41,379 bases of DNA from positions 26,134,478 through 26,175,856 of the forward strand of contig NC_068994.1 of NCBI RefSeq assembly GCF_001194135.2, given 5' to 3'. Below the pieces are notes generated by a model. It was given only the letters and a program-made list of their open reading frames with translations, ran no database searches and was not told the DNA's origin. Every line of letters starts with the position of its first letter. The stretch's first letter is position 1. This DNA comes from Octopus bimaculoides (lineage: Eukaryota). Shown piece after piece: positions 1 to 10,079 of this stretch. The translations under genes and the position numbers were made by a program.

Positions 1-288
1 TCTTCGATCACCGTTTGTTATCTCCCCCTTTTCTTAGCTCTCCTGAAAAAAGAATTTCTAACTTCCGGTCAGCCATTGTTATGATCAGCCATTATTATGA
101 TTGACCGTTGACTGGACACTATTCAATTTTTTTTCTCCGTGTTTTTCTCCTTGTCTCCATATTCTTTCTGTTGAAGAGCGTAGCTCGAAACGTCAAAGAC
201 TTTCCGTATTCCAGAGCGTCATACTAATACATCCTTTTGTTATTTACACCACCTGCCCTCGTCTGTTGTTGTTTTTTCGTATATTCTC

Positions 289-290
<2 letters not shown>
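1..290 (+). mobile_element. Probable 3' terminal repeat (pLTR) of a Penelope-like element
   Basis: Non-coding, pyrimidine-rich tract containing the hammerhead-like TGAAGA..CTC-GAAA-CGTC motif typical of PLE termini, ending directly in (TA)n at 291. Confidence 0.5.
163..199 (+). ncRNA. Hammerhead-ribozyme-like motif with an atypical core
   Basis: TCTTT CTG TTGAAGA GCGTAGCTC GAAA CGTC AAAGA: stem I TCTTT/AAAGA, palindromic ACGT stem III, GUC triplet. The core carries extra TTG and stem II is weak. Confidence 0.4.
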
Positions 291-322
<32 letters not shown>

Positions 323-1468
323 AAAACAAAACCAAGGCAGAATGAGTATCTCAGGTCATTTAGAATATTTAATTAGAGTAAGGGGAATCAAAACTGGAGA
401 AGTAGAAGTAATTAATATCTTACTGCTGTTTCTGGGATGTCTGTCTCTCACACACTATATACCCATGTGGACATTTTTCTTACAAGCTGACCACTTGATC
501 TATTTCTCATTCTGAATGCAACATTCAAAATACTGCTTAGATTTACCTATGATTATACTTAAGGACCTATACCTTCACAGAAATATGGACAAACCTCCAC
601 ACCCTCTAGAATAACATGAACTGTGAACTTTATTCTCCTGTCTTTATTCTTCTGTCTACTGTTTTATTCTTTTATATACTGAGTATTCTCTGTCTGGAAC
701 TTTGTTGCATCCACACCTTGTCTCTGATGACAGAATACCCAATGTATGGAGATGACCCATCATCTGGGATACCCCAGCACTGCTGTAAGACATTAATTAC
801 TTCTACTTCTCCATTTTTTATCCACCTTACTCTAATTAAATATTCTAAATGATCTGAGATGCTCCTCCTGCTTTGGTTTTGCTTTCCTTTTTCTCTAATA
901 TATACCTGCTGACTTGGAAGCCTACTACGGATCTCTAGCTCCAACCTCAGCTGTGAACTTGGAACCTAATGGATGACCAATTATAGCACTTACACAGCAT
1001 ACCTATTGGTTTAGATCATCAGTGAACTAAACCCCACATATTCTTTATATATATATATATATATATATTCTTTTATATGTTTTAACCCTGAGGTTATAAA
1101 TGTAATGTAGCATTTATACATCTATGTATAAAATGTCATTCATATATCATCATCCTCATCATCATCATAGGTCATTGTGGTTAGAGTCAATGCTCATAAG
1201 AGCTTATGCTTCAAAAATTCAAGTGCTCATTTAGTTTGGTTTCCATGGCTGGATACCTTTTCTTATGCTAACCATCTTACAGAGTGTACTGGATACACTT
1301 TTTTCGTGGTACTAATACTAATACAGTTGAATATTCAATGGTGAGACAAGACCAGAGGGACCTCACAACCCTATTTCTGTTCATTTAATCAGCCACTTTA
1401 CAGTGCAAAATAAATGTAAATTTGGAAAGGGAACAATGATGGCAGAAAGACCAGAAATGGATATTTGA

Positions 1469-4400
1469 GTGAGGGAGAAAGGGTCCCACATTCCTTTCCC
1501 TGTTTTTAGAGTTGGCACTGTCAATGCAGGCACACTGAAAGGTAGGTTTAGTGAGATTGTAGAGATGCTTGAACAGAGACATGTTGATGTATGCTGCATA
1601 CAAGAGGTAAGGTGGAGAGGAGCTTCAGCTAGGGTCCTCACAGGCAAGGCACATAGGTATAAAATCTTCTGGGAAGGTAACAGTGATGGAGTAGGGGGTG
1701 TAGGCATACTCCTTGCGGAGAAATGGGTGGATGAGGTCATAGAGGTAGTCAGGGTATGCGATAGAGTGTTTAAGCTCAGGCTAGTCCTGCAGAACAGCAC
1801 AGCTACAACTATCTCTGTCTATACCCCACAAGCGGGCCAACCAAACGATCAGAAGGACCACTTTTATGACACCCTTCTACAGGCTACCTCAAAGACAAGT
1901 GGCAATGATCTCATCTTTGCGGCTTGAGATTTTAATGGGCATGTCGGGTGGCGACAATGGAATTGGTTCCCAAAACGAAGAGGGAACTAGGCTACTGGAG
2001 TTCTGTGATGCATGCAACCTATTAATCTGCAACACTAATTTCAGGAAGCCAGACAGCCACTTCATAACCTCTCAATCAGGCGACTCTGCTAGCTAGATTG
2101 ATTTCATCCTCACCAGACAGCAGGATGCAGGGTTGCTCTTAAATACAAAGACTCTTCCTGGTGAAGAATGTACCCACCAGCATAGACTAGTTATTAGTGA
2201 CTTTCTATTCGAGGCCAGAAGGATGCCAAGAAGCAGACCAATCCAGAAAAAAAGGATTTGGAAGCTAAAGAACCCTTTACATGGTCAGATATTTAGGGAC
2301 ATCCTCACTGCGAAATTTGATGAGAGGGAGGAAGAGCTACAGACTTCAGACATAGAGGGTAACTGGAAATTCCTACGGGACAGCTTACTGAGTGCCACAG
2401 ACCAAATCTGCGGCTGGTGCAAAGTCCCTTCCAGACCTAGAGTAACGTGGTGGTGGAATAATATGGTAGACAAGGCCATTAGAGCCAAAGAAACAGGCTT
2501 GGAAAGCCTGGAAGAGTGGAGGTAGCAGGGAATTGTACCAGATAGCTAGAAGGGAGGCTGGGCAACAGGAATACATTGCCAAGGGAGAAGCAGAAAAGAA
2601 GTTTGCCAATGTTCAGCAATGTGAGGACCAATGAACTGAAGTATTTCAGATTGCAAGACTGAGAGAAAATTGTGATGTCACAGGAGAGAAATGTGTCTGC
2701 ATGGATGATGATGCACTTGCTTTTAATGATTCAGAAAGAAAGAGGCTTGGAGAAGCCATTATGTGGAGAATGAATGGGTGGAGGAGAGCCTGCCAAATGT
2801 TGACCCAGTAGAGAGACCAGCTACCCGAATAGATAGCACCCGGGTAGATAAAGCAATTAAGGATATGAAGTCAGGAAAAGCCCCTGGCCCATCAGGAATC
2901 ACTGCTGAGATGCTTAAAATATCTGGTGGTGTGGGTTAGGGCCTAGTCACCTGTATTGTAAACCAGGTAGTTCACGAAGGAGTCATACCCGATGACTGGC
3001 ATAGGTAAAGGTGATGCTTTAGATAGAAATAACTATAGGGGTATCAAACTGCTGGATCAGGTGATAAAGGTCATGAGAGAGCCATAGTCCAACTAATTAG
3101 GGAGAGAGTCTGCTTAGATGAGATGCAGTTTGGTTTTGTGCCACTGATGCTAAATTCCTGGTATGGTAACTGCAGAAGAAATACCTAGCCAAAGATAAAC
3201 CCCTATACTTGACTTTTGTTGACTTGTATAAAGCCTTTGACAGGGTCCCCCTTATCTCTTTTCTGGTGGGCGATGCAGAAATTGGGGATTGACGAGTGGT
3301 TAATAAGAGCTGTACAGGGATGCCATTAGTAAAGTAAGGGTCGGCAATGAGTATACCGAAAAATTCTAGGTAGAAGTAGGGGTTCAGCCCTCAGCCCCCT
3401 CTTATTCATCATAGTCCTCCAGGCAATAACAGAGGAATTCAAGACAGGCTGCCTCTGGGAGCTCCTCTATGCTGATGACCTTGCTCTTGTAGTGGAATCA
3501 CTACCAGAACTAGAGAAGAAATTTCAGGTGTGGAAGCAAGGTTTAGAATCGAAGGGCCTTAGAGTCAGTGTTGCAAAACCAAAGTCCAAGTAAGTAGGAA
3601 AGTGAACACATCACAAACCCCTTCAGGTAGATGGCCTTGCTCAATCTGTAGAAAAGGTGTAGGTAGAAACTCCATAAGACGTACCCAGTGTAAGCTATGG
3701 ATGCATAAGAGGTACAGATGCAGAGGACAATAAACACTGCAGATGCTCAGAAAACTGATTCTATCACATGCCAGGTGGAGAAATAGAAGTAGTTGATAGC
3801 TTCCACTACCTAAGTGACCAAGCCTGTTGTGGGAGTGGATGCTCAGAGAGCGTTGCCACAAGAATAAGAATAGCCTGGGCAAAGTTCAGAAAGCTCCTAC
3901 CTCTACTGATGACAAAGGGCCTCTCGCTCAGAGTGAAATGTAGATTGTATGATGCATGTGTGCAAACTGCCATGCTACACTGCAGTGAAATATGGGCCAT
4001 GACTGCTGAAGACATGTGTAGGCTTGAAAGAAATGAAGCTAGTATGATCCACTGAGTGTGTAATGTTAGTGTGCACACACGACAGAGTGTAAGCACCCTG
4101 AGAGAAATGTTGGACATAAGAAGCATCAGATGTGGTGTGCAAGAGAGACGACTGCGCTGGTATGGTCATGTGCAGTGTATGGATGAGGAAAGCTGTGTGA
4201 AGAAGTGTCACTTCCTAACAGTCGAAGGAACCTGAGGAAGAGGGAAACCCAGGAAGACACGGGATGAAGTGGTAAAGCATGACCTTTGAATGTTGAGTCT
4301 CACAGAGGCAATGACGAAAGACCAAGACCTCTGGAGATATGCTGTGATTGAGAAGACCTGGCAAGGAAAGTGAGGTACACCAGTGTCGCATAACCAGCCC

Positions 4401-4833
4401 ATTTAAAAAGTACCTTTGAATCATTGGGCAACATTCTGTGCTTGAGGAGACTTATTGAGGCAAGTAAATTAAAATCAAATCAAATCACAATCAAATGGAA
4501 ATTGTAGTTGTGACCGTTACCAGTGCTGGTGGCACACAATAAGCACCATTCATTCATGCATGGGTCACTGCCAGAGCCGTCTGATTGGCTCCCCATGCCG
4601 GCGGCTTGTAAAAAGCACCATCTGAACATAGCTGATGCCAGTGCTGCCTGTGGCACATAAAAAGCACCCACCACACTCTCAGAGTGGTTGGCGTTAGGAA
4701 GAGCATCCAGCTGTAGAAACATTGCCAGATCAGATTGGAATCTGGTGCAGCCTCTTGGCTTGCCAGTCTCCATTTAAACCGTCCAACCCGTGCCAGCATG
4801 GAAAGCAGACGTTAAACGATAATGATGATGATG
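1469..4833 (+). mobile_element. Near full-length, degenerate RTE-clade LINE (APE + RT + 3'UTR, (ATG)n tail)
   Basis: APE motifs GTVNAGTL, VCCIQEVRW and GVGILL in ORF 1469-1927. RT motif LLYADDL at about 3465-3485. C-terminal RIRIAWAKF..LLPLL, CRLYDACV and RLRWYGHV. Many stops and frameshifts. The 3'UTR ends GACGTTAAACGAT-(ATG)n at 4833. The 5' boundary is approximate. Confidence 0.92.
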
Positions 4834-5289
4834 TATAGAGAGTATTCAATATATTAGGGTGTGCACATTTGTACAGATATCAAAGGAGGGGAATCAGAGA
4901 GAAAAAAAGAGAAAGCATGATGACATCAGAAGGACCAGAATGAGGGGAAGAAAAAAGGAGATAAAAAATAAAAATGATATAACAAAAAGATACTAACAGG
5001 GCACAGAAATGAACATTTTAAAGTGCGTCTGTCACGTCAAGTATAAAAATCAGTTATATAGAAAGGAGAGGTTGAAGCTGTGACAGTGTGCTGATGAGAG
5101 AGGGGGGAACTCTAGTGGATGTACCCTAAATATGAGAATATCTCAAAATGTAGCTAAATATAATGGTTAAGAAGATGAGTGTTAAGGAGTAAGTATAATA
5201 TTGATGGGGTAGAGTAGAACGGGAAAGGTCAATTAGTTCACTGAGAACATGATTTACATTGATAAGAAAGAGCTTTGTAATACTGATGA

Positions 5290-6010
5290 TAACATGAGGC
5301 AATTATGTCAGAAAATTGATTAAGGAGGTGTTCTTCATTCTCTCATTATACACAGGACTCACAGTTGCATAAATTACATGAGTCAGTTTCCCGTGAATGG
5401 GTATCCATTATCAATTTTGAAGCAAGAAATATTGTAGAGAATACCTTCAGCTTTGAACTGGTGGATGTAGATGGCCAAGGAGGTAGATCATTTCCTATTG
5501 ATGTTTGAGAAGGAGCCAGTGGTTAAAGTCGATTGTTACATGAGTGTAAATTTTTGATGGAGTGGGTCTATGTGATGGTAACTTTACATTTATGGACATT
5601 TCAACAAAGACAATGGTCCATCAAGGGGCAGTGATAGGTATTTTCAGTTGCACTTCTCATCAAGACTTACACATACAATGCACCATTAGCTGTGTCAAGA
5701 TCAGTATGGCTAGCACTATTGTTACTCTTATGATTAGAACTATGAGTATTACCAAAATTGTTGTTAGAATTTAGATTGTTGGTATAGTTAACATTATTCA
5801 TATCATAATTATTTTTGCTATTCATATAGGTGTCAATATTATTATGGTTAGCATTAATGATATTCACATTATGCATACAATTACTCTTATTATTAGTATT
5901 CATGTTACCATCATTATTAGTAGTTTTAGCCACAGTATAGGTGTTGTTAAAGTTAATAGTAGCCTTTATATTCTCTGTTACAGTCATACATTCTGTTATG
6001 ACTATTATGG
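5290..6010 (-). mobile_element. Decayed Naiad-like PLE fragment (Asn-rich linker + GIY-YIG endonuclease)
   Basis: Hand translation across frameshifts gives an N-rich linker (ORF 5667-5987), KCN*K..CPLDG.CL..NV.KCKVT, then SRETDSCNLCNCE..HLLNQFSDIIASC. This matches the Cys pattern of the fragments at 20.9 and 22.9 kb. Confidence 0.65.
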
Positions 6011-6100
6011 TTATTATACCACCTGTAGAAATGGTGGTGGTCTATATTTCTGATGCAGTTTGTTGTTACTATCTGTCTGGCTACCTATCCATCCATCCAA

Positions 6101-6223
6101 CCAGCTGTAGAAACCATGCCAAATCAGACTGCAGTCTGGTGCAGCCCCTCAGCTAACCAGCCCTGTCCGATCTATGCCAATGGACAATGGACTTTAAATG
6201 ATGATGATGATGATGATGATGAT
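6101..6223 (+). mobile_element. 3' tail fragment of the RTE family (or a SINE sharing its tail)
   Basis: CCAGCTGTAGAAACC..CCAAATCAGA..CTGGTG..(GAT)n, homologous to 4708-4833. Confidence 0.75.
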
Positions 6224-6249
6224 TGGCAACATTTGTACCATTTGGTCTT

Positions 6250-6612
6250 CATCATCATCATCATCATCATCGTTTAACGTCCGCTTTCCATGCTAGCATG
6301 GGTTGGACGATTTGACTGAGGACTGGTGAACCAGGAGGCGACACCAGGCTCCAATCTGATTTGGCAGAGTTTCTACAGCTGGATGCCCTTCCTAACGCCA
6401 ACCACTCTGAGAGTGTAGTGGGTGTTTTACGTGCCACTGGCACGAGGGCGAGTCAGGCGGAACAGGCGACAGCCATGCTCGAAATGGTGTGTTTTACGTG
6501 CCACCTGCACAGGAGCCAGCCCATCGGCACTGGCAACGATCTCGCTCGAATGTCTTTTCACGTGCCACTGGCACAAGTGCCAGGGAGGCGACGTTGGTAA
6601 TGATCAACGGCC
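6250..6612 (-). mobile_element. 5'-truncated RTE 3'UTR copy
   Basis: Reverse-complement match to the 3'UTR at 4650-4833 (GTTTCTACAGCTGGATGCCCTTCCTAACGCCAACC), with a (CAT)n tail at 6250-6271. Confidence 0.85.
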
Positions 6613-6768
6613 ACATCCATGGTTATGGTACCAGTCATTCATTATCCAAAACAGCTGTAAAGATAAGACTTGACTACATTATTTAATTGTATATCCAACC
6701 TACCATGTAAATGTATTCTTTGTGCTTACTATTGTTTATCTGTCTTTCTGCTTCTATGTATGTGTGTG

Positions 6769-6802
<34 letters not shown>

Positions 6803-6949
6803 CAGATTTGTATGTTTTGTTTTATGTATATATTCCCATGCATACGCTTGCATATCTAGACATGCTCATATATATTTAAATGATCAACTTCTGGAAAGTT
6901 TTACAGTTCCAGTGATGGATTAGATTTGTACTCTTTGAATTAGCTTTCT

Positions 6950-7700
6950 CCTTAATTTCTCAAAATTGTTATTTAAGCAGTGTGTTACATATCCCAGGGT
7001 TCCAATAATTACATGTATAAAGCTTAATTTGTAATCTGGATAGGATAACTGCAGACTTAGTTCAGTGTAAACATTCTCTTTATCACTGATCTTCAACTTT
7101 ATGTTAACATCTGCTGAGCAGCTAATTTCCACAACAGTGCACAGTTTCTCTTGTCTCGATCCCAAATCGTTATATCAGGTCAGTTGTGCTTACATTTTAT
7201 TGAGGTTTTCACTGGGACATTACACCAGTACTCCTTTTTATTGTCAGTGGCTATGGCTTCTATCATACTGTGGGTTCTTATCTCTTTGTCCTCAGGTTTA
7301 TCCTTCTGGCAGACCTCATTATAGAGTGTCCTAGCTACAACATCATGTCTCATTGCTAGATAATACTGTGATGATATTTTCAGACAACTGCTTATGATGA
7401 GGGTGACATCTTCAGTGTTAACTCCACAAAGTCTGTATCGGTTGTCACATTTTACTGCTTTTCCTGCATCTGTATCCCTTTTGTGCATCAGGTACTTGGT
7501 TGATATTTCCTGTTCCTGGATTGCAAATGCATACCAATCAAAGCGGGAGGTAGTAATCCAGCTATTGGTGCGTGATAGACTGCTTTGATGATCAATATTA
7601 CTATCATCTTGGAGCTTTCTGCTAACATATCCATACATTGTCTTCTGCTCATAAAAGCTCATTTTTTGATCTGATAATATGTTGCACAACTTCTTTGGGC
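6950..7700 (-). mobile_element. 3' fragment of an R4/Dong-like non-LTR element (zinc knuckle + restriction-like endonuclease)
   Basis: ORF 7180-7689: AIQEQEISTKY, RLCGVNTEDVTLIISSC, RHDVVAR, EYW.N. Continues HN*PDI, VVEISCSADVNI..KENVY and VIIGTLG in ORF 6920-7165, a PD-(D/E)xK-type RLE layout. Confidence 0.8.
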
Positions 7701-7980
7701 ATGTATTCTAGGTTATCAGACAAGGAATCGTGCTCAAGGAAGGAAGGAAGGATGGAAGGATGGATGGATGGATGGATGGATGGATGGAACATGTGTTTGA
7801 AAAGGTTAATCGAAAGCACTCACACACACTAGGAAAAAACTGCTTCTAAAAAGGTTAGTAACATCCTAGTAAAAGATTTTATAACACACACTTACACATA
7901 TATATACACACATACATACACATGCATACATACATTCATACAAACATACATACATTCATACATACACACATACATACACA

Positions 7981-8589
7981 TGTGTGTTCAGGCTAAATTT
8001 GACAATATTTTGTCTCTTTTTTTCAGGAACAGCTTGATGTATTGTTGAACAGCCATTGGCACTGGAGAGCATATAAATTAATGTTGTTGAGGAAAAGTTA
8101 GCTGACATGAAGGACTGGAAGCCATCTGCTTATTGGAAAAGAGTTGCCTGTGTCATGATGATTCACACCAGGTATCAAAATACCAATTTTCATGACTGAT
8201 ACCCATACTGTAAAGGATTCAACTCCTTGCCAGACCTGGAAAGAGACAGAAATGATTGTCAGAAAATTCCTAGGACTTCAACAGCCTTAATTTTTGGCTT
8301 CCCATCTCCCAGATTGTAATCTCATGACACAGTTGAAAAAAGACACCGACTGCTTTGCCTGAAATACCAAGGCTGAGCTGGTGTCCAAAATCAAGGAAGC
8401 GTTCAAAGATCTTCCTAGGGAGACAGCAAAGAATGCATGCATAAAATTCCAGAGCCATTTCATTGTGGTAGAAGCTGAGGGTGGTTAATCTAGTTGACAA
8501 TTTTTTTAAATAGTTTTATTTTTGGCTGAGATATTGTATTTTTTTTTCCTTTTATGCAAACTGTCAAATTTAGTCCAAATATTCTGTAT
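7981..8589 (+). mobile_element. Internally deleted Tc1/mariner (maT-like) element
   Basis: TIR cores CTAAATTTGACA (7993-8004) and TGTCAAATTTAG (8562-8573). C-terminal transposase remnant SPDCN..NTKAELVSKIKEAFKDLPRETAKNAC resembles the 13.6 kb element. Confidence 0.7.
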
Positions 8590-8602
8590 ATATATATATA
8601 TA

Positions 8603-8639
8603 GCCATGCTAGCATGGAAAGCAGACGTTAAACGATGAT
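8603..8639 (+). mobile_element. Extreme 3' terminus (37 bp) of the RTE family, inserted in (TA)n
   Basis: GCCATGCTAGCATGGAAAGCAGACGTTAAACGATGAT closely matches the RTE end at about 4790-4822. Confidence 0.65.
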
Positions 8640-8696
8640 ATATATATATATATGTGTATGTATATATATATATATATGAGACTGTCAGAATGATGT

Positions 8697-8748
8697 GGAC
8701 GCCTCTGATGAGAACCCAATAAGGCTCGAAAATTGATTAAAGTTGTTC
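8697..8748 (+). ncRNA. Decayed type I hammerhead ribozyme (solitary PLE terminus)
   Basis: CTGATGA (8705-8711), stem II GAACC/GGCTC (4 of 5 bp), GAAA (8728-8731), stem III AATTGATT (one change from the palindrome AATCGATT), UUA triplet. Stem I is degraded by transitions. Confidence 0.55.
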
Positions 8749-8827
8749 ATTTTTTTCAGTCTGCAGAGAAATGGCTAAAATTTGCCCTGTTTATAATTAT
8801 ACCATATATTACATATATATATATATA

Positions 8828-9727
8828 NNNNNNNNNNNNNNNNNNNNNNNNNNNNNNNNNNNNNNNNNNNNNNNNNNNNNNNNNNNNNNNNNNNNNNNNN
8901 NNNNNNNNNNNNNNNNNNNNNNNNNNNNNNNNNNNNNNNNNNNNNNNNNNNNNNNNNNNNNNNNNNNNNNNNNNNNNNNNNNNNNNNNNNNNNNNNNNNN
9001 NNNNNNNNNNNNNNNNNNNNNNNNNNNNNNNNNNNNNNNNNNNNNNNNNNNNNNNNNNNNNNNNNNNNNNNNNNNNNNNNNNNNNNNNNNNNNNNNNNNN
9101 NNNNNNNNNNNNNNNNNNNNNNNNNNNNNNNNNNNNNNNNNNNNNNNNNNNNNNNNNNNNNNNNNNNNNNNNNNNNNNNNNNNNNNNNNNNNNNNNNNNN
9201 NNNNNNNNNNNNNNNNNNNNNNNNNNNNNNNNNNNNNNNNNNNNNNNNNNNNNNNNNNNNNNNNNNNNNNNNNNNNNNNNNNNNNNNNNNNNNNNNNNNN
9301 NNNNNNNNNNNNNNNNNNNNNNNNNNNNNNNNNNNNNNNNNNNNNNNNNNNNNNNNNNNNNNNNNNNNNNNNNNNNNNNNNNNNNNNNNNNNNNNNNNNN
9401 NNNNNNNNNNNNNNNNNNNNNNNNNNNNNNNNNNNNNNNNNNNNNNNNNNNNNNNNNNNNNNNNNNNNNNNNNNNNNNNNNNNNNNNNNNNNNNNNNNNN
9501 NNNNNNNNNNNNNNNNNNNNNNNNNNNNNNNNNNNNNNNNNNNNNNNNNNNNNNNNNNNNNNNNNNNNNNNNNNNNNNNNNNNNNNNNNNNNNNNNNNNN
9601 NNNNNNNNNNNNNNNNNNNNNNNNNNNNNNNNNNNNNNNNNNNNNNNNNNNNNNNNNNNNNNNNNNNNNNNNNNNNNNNNNNNNNNNNNNNNNNNNNNNN
9701 NNNNNNNNNNNNNNNNNNNNNNNNNNN
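8828..9727. other. Assembly gap; further gaps at 12585-13153, 13815-13824, 16755-16871, 23731-24684, 25423-25432 and 37647-38017
   Basis: N runs, most flanked by (TA)n. Confidence 1.
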
Positions 9728-9812
9728 GGTACTGGCAACGGCCACGCTCAAAATGGTGCATCTCATGTGCCACCCGCACAAGAACCAGTCCAGGGGCACT
9801 GGCAACGATCTT
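9728..9812 (-). mobile_element. Internal piece of the RTE 3'UTR next to a gap
   Basis: Similar to 6470-6545 (CAAAATGGTG..GTGCCACC.GCACA.GA.CCAG..GGCACTGGCAACGATCT). Confidence 0.6.
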
Positions 9813-9849
9813 ACTTGGCTTGATATGTATATATATATATGTGTGTGTT

Positions 9850-10061
9850 TGTGTGTCTGTGTTTGTCCCCCCAACATCGCTTGACAACCGATGCTGGTGC
9901 GTTTACATCTCCGTAACTTAGCGGTTCAGCAAAAGAGACCGATAGAATAAGTACTAGGCTTACAAAAAGAATAAGTCCTGGGGTCGATTTGATTGACTAA
10001 AGGTGGTGCTCCAGCATGGCCGCAGTCAAATGACTGAAGCAAGTAAAAGAGTGAAAGAGAG
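9850..10061 (+). mobile_element. SINE-like interspersed repeat, 3' portion (family not assigned)
   Basis: GATAGAATAAGTACTAGGCTT..GGGGTCGATTTG..GGTGCTCCAGCATGGCCGCAGTC..AAGTAAAAGAG pattern. A decayed reverse copy of the CCAGCATG/CAGTC part appears near 30355-30390. Confidence 0.6.
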
Positions 10062-10079
10062 TATATAAACTCTCTTTTA

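Noticed and set aside
5091-5120. CTGATGA-GAG..CTC motif, and CTGATGA at 724-730
   Set aside because: No GAAA follows the putative stem II, and no stems I or III form. Not supportable as hammerheads.
8733-9887. Long ORFs of 150-380 aa here and at 12.4-13.3, 23.7-24.8 and 37.5-38.1 kb
   Set aside because: They consist of X residues from N gaps and are artefacts.
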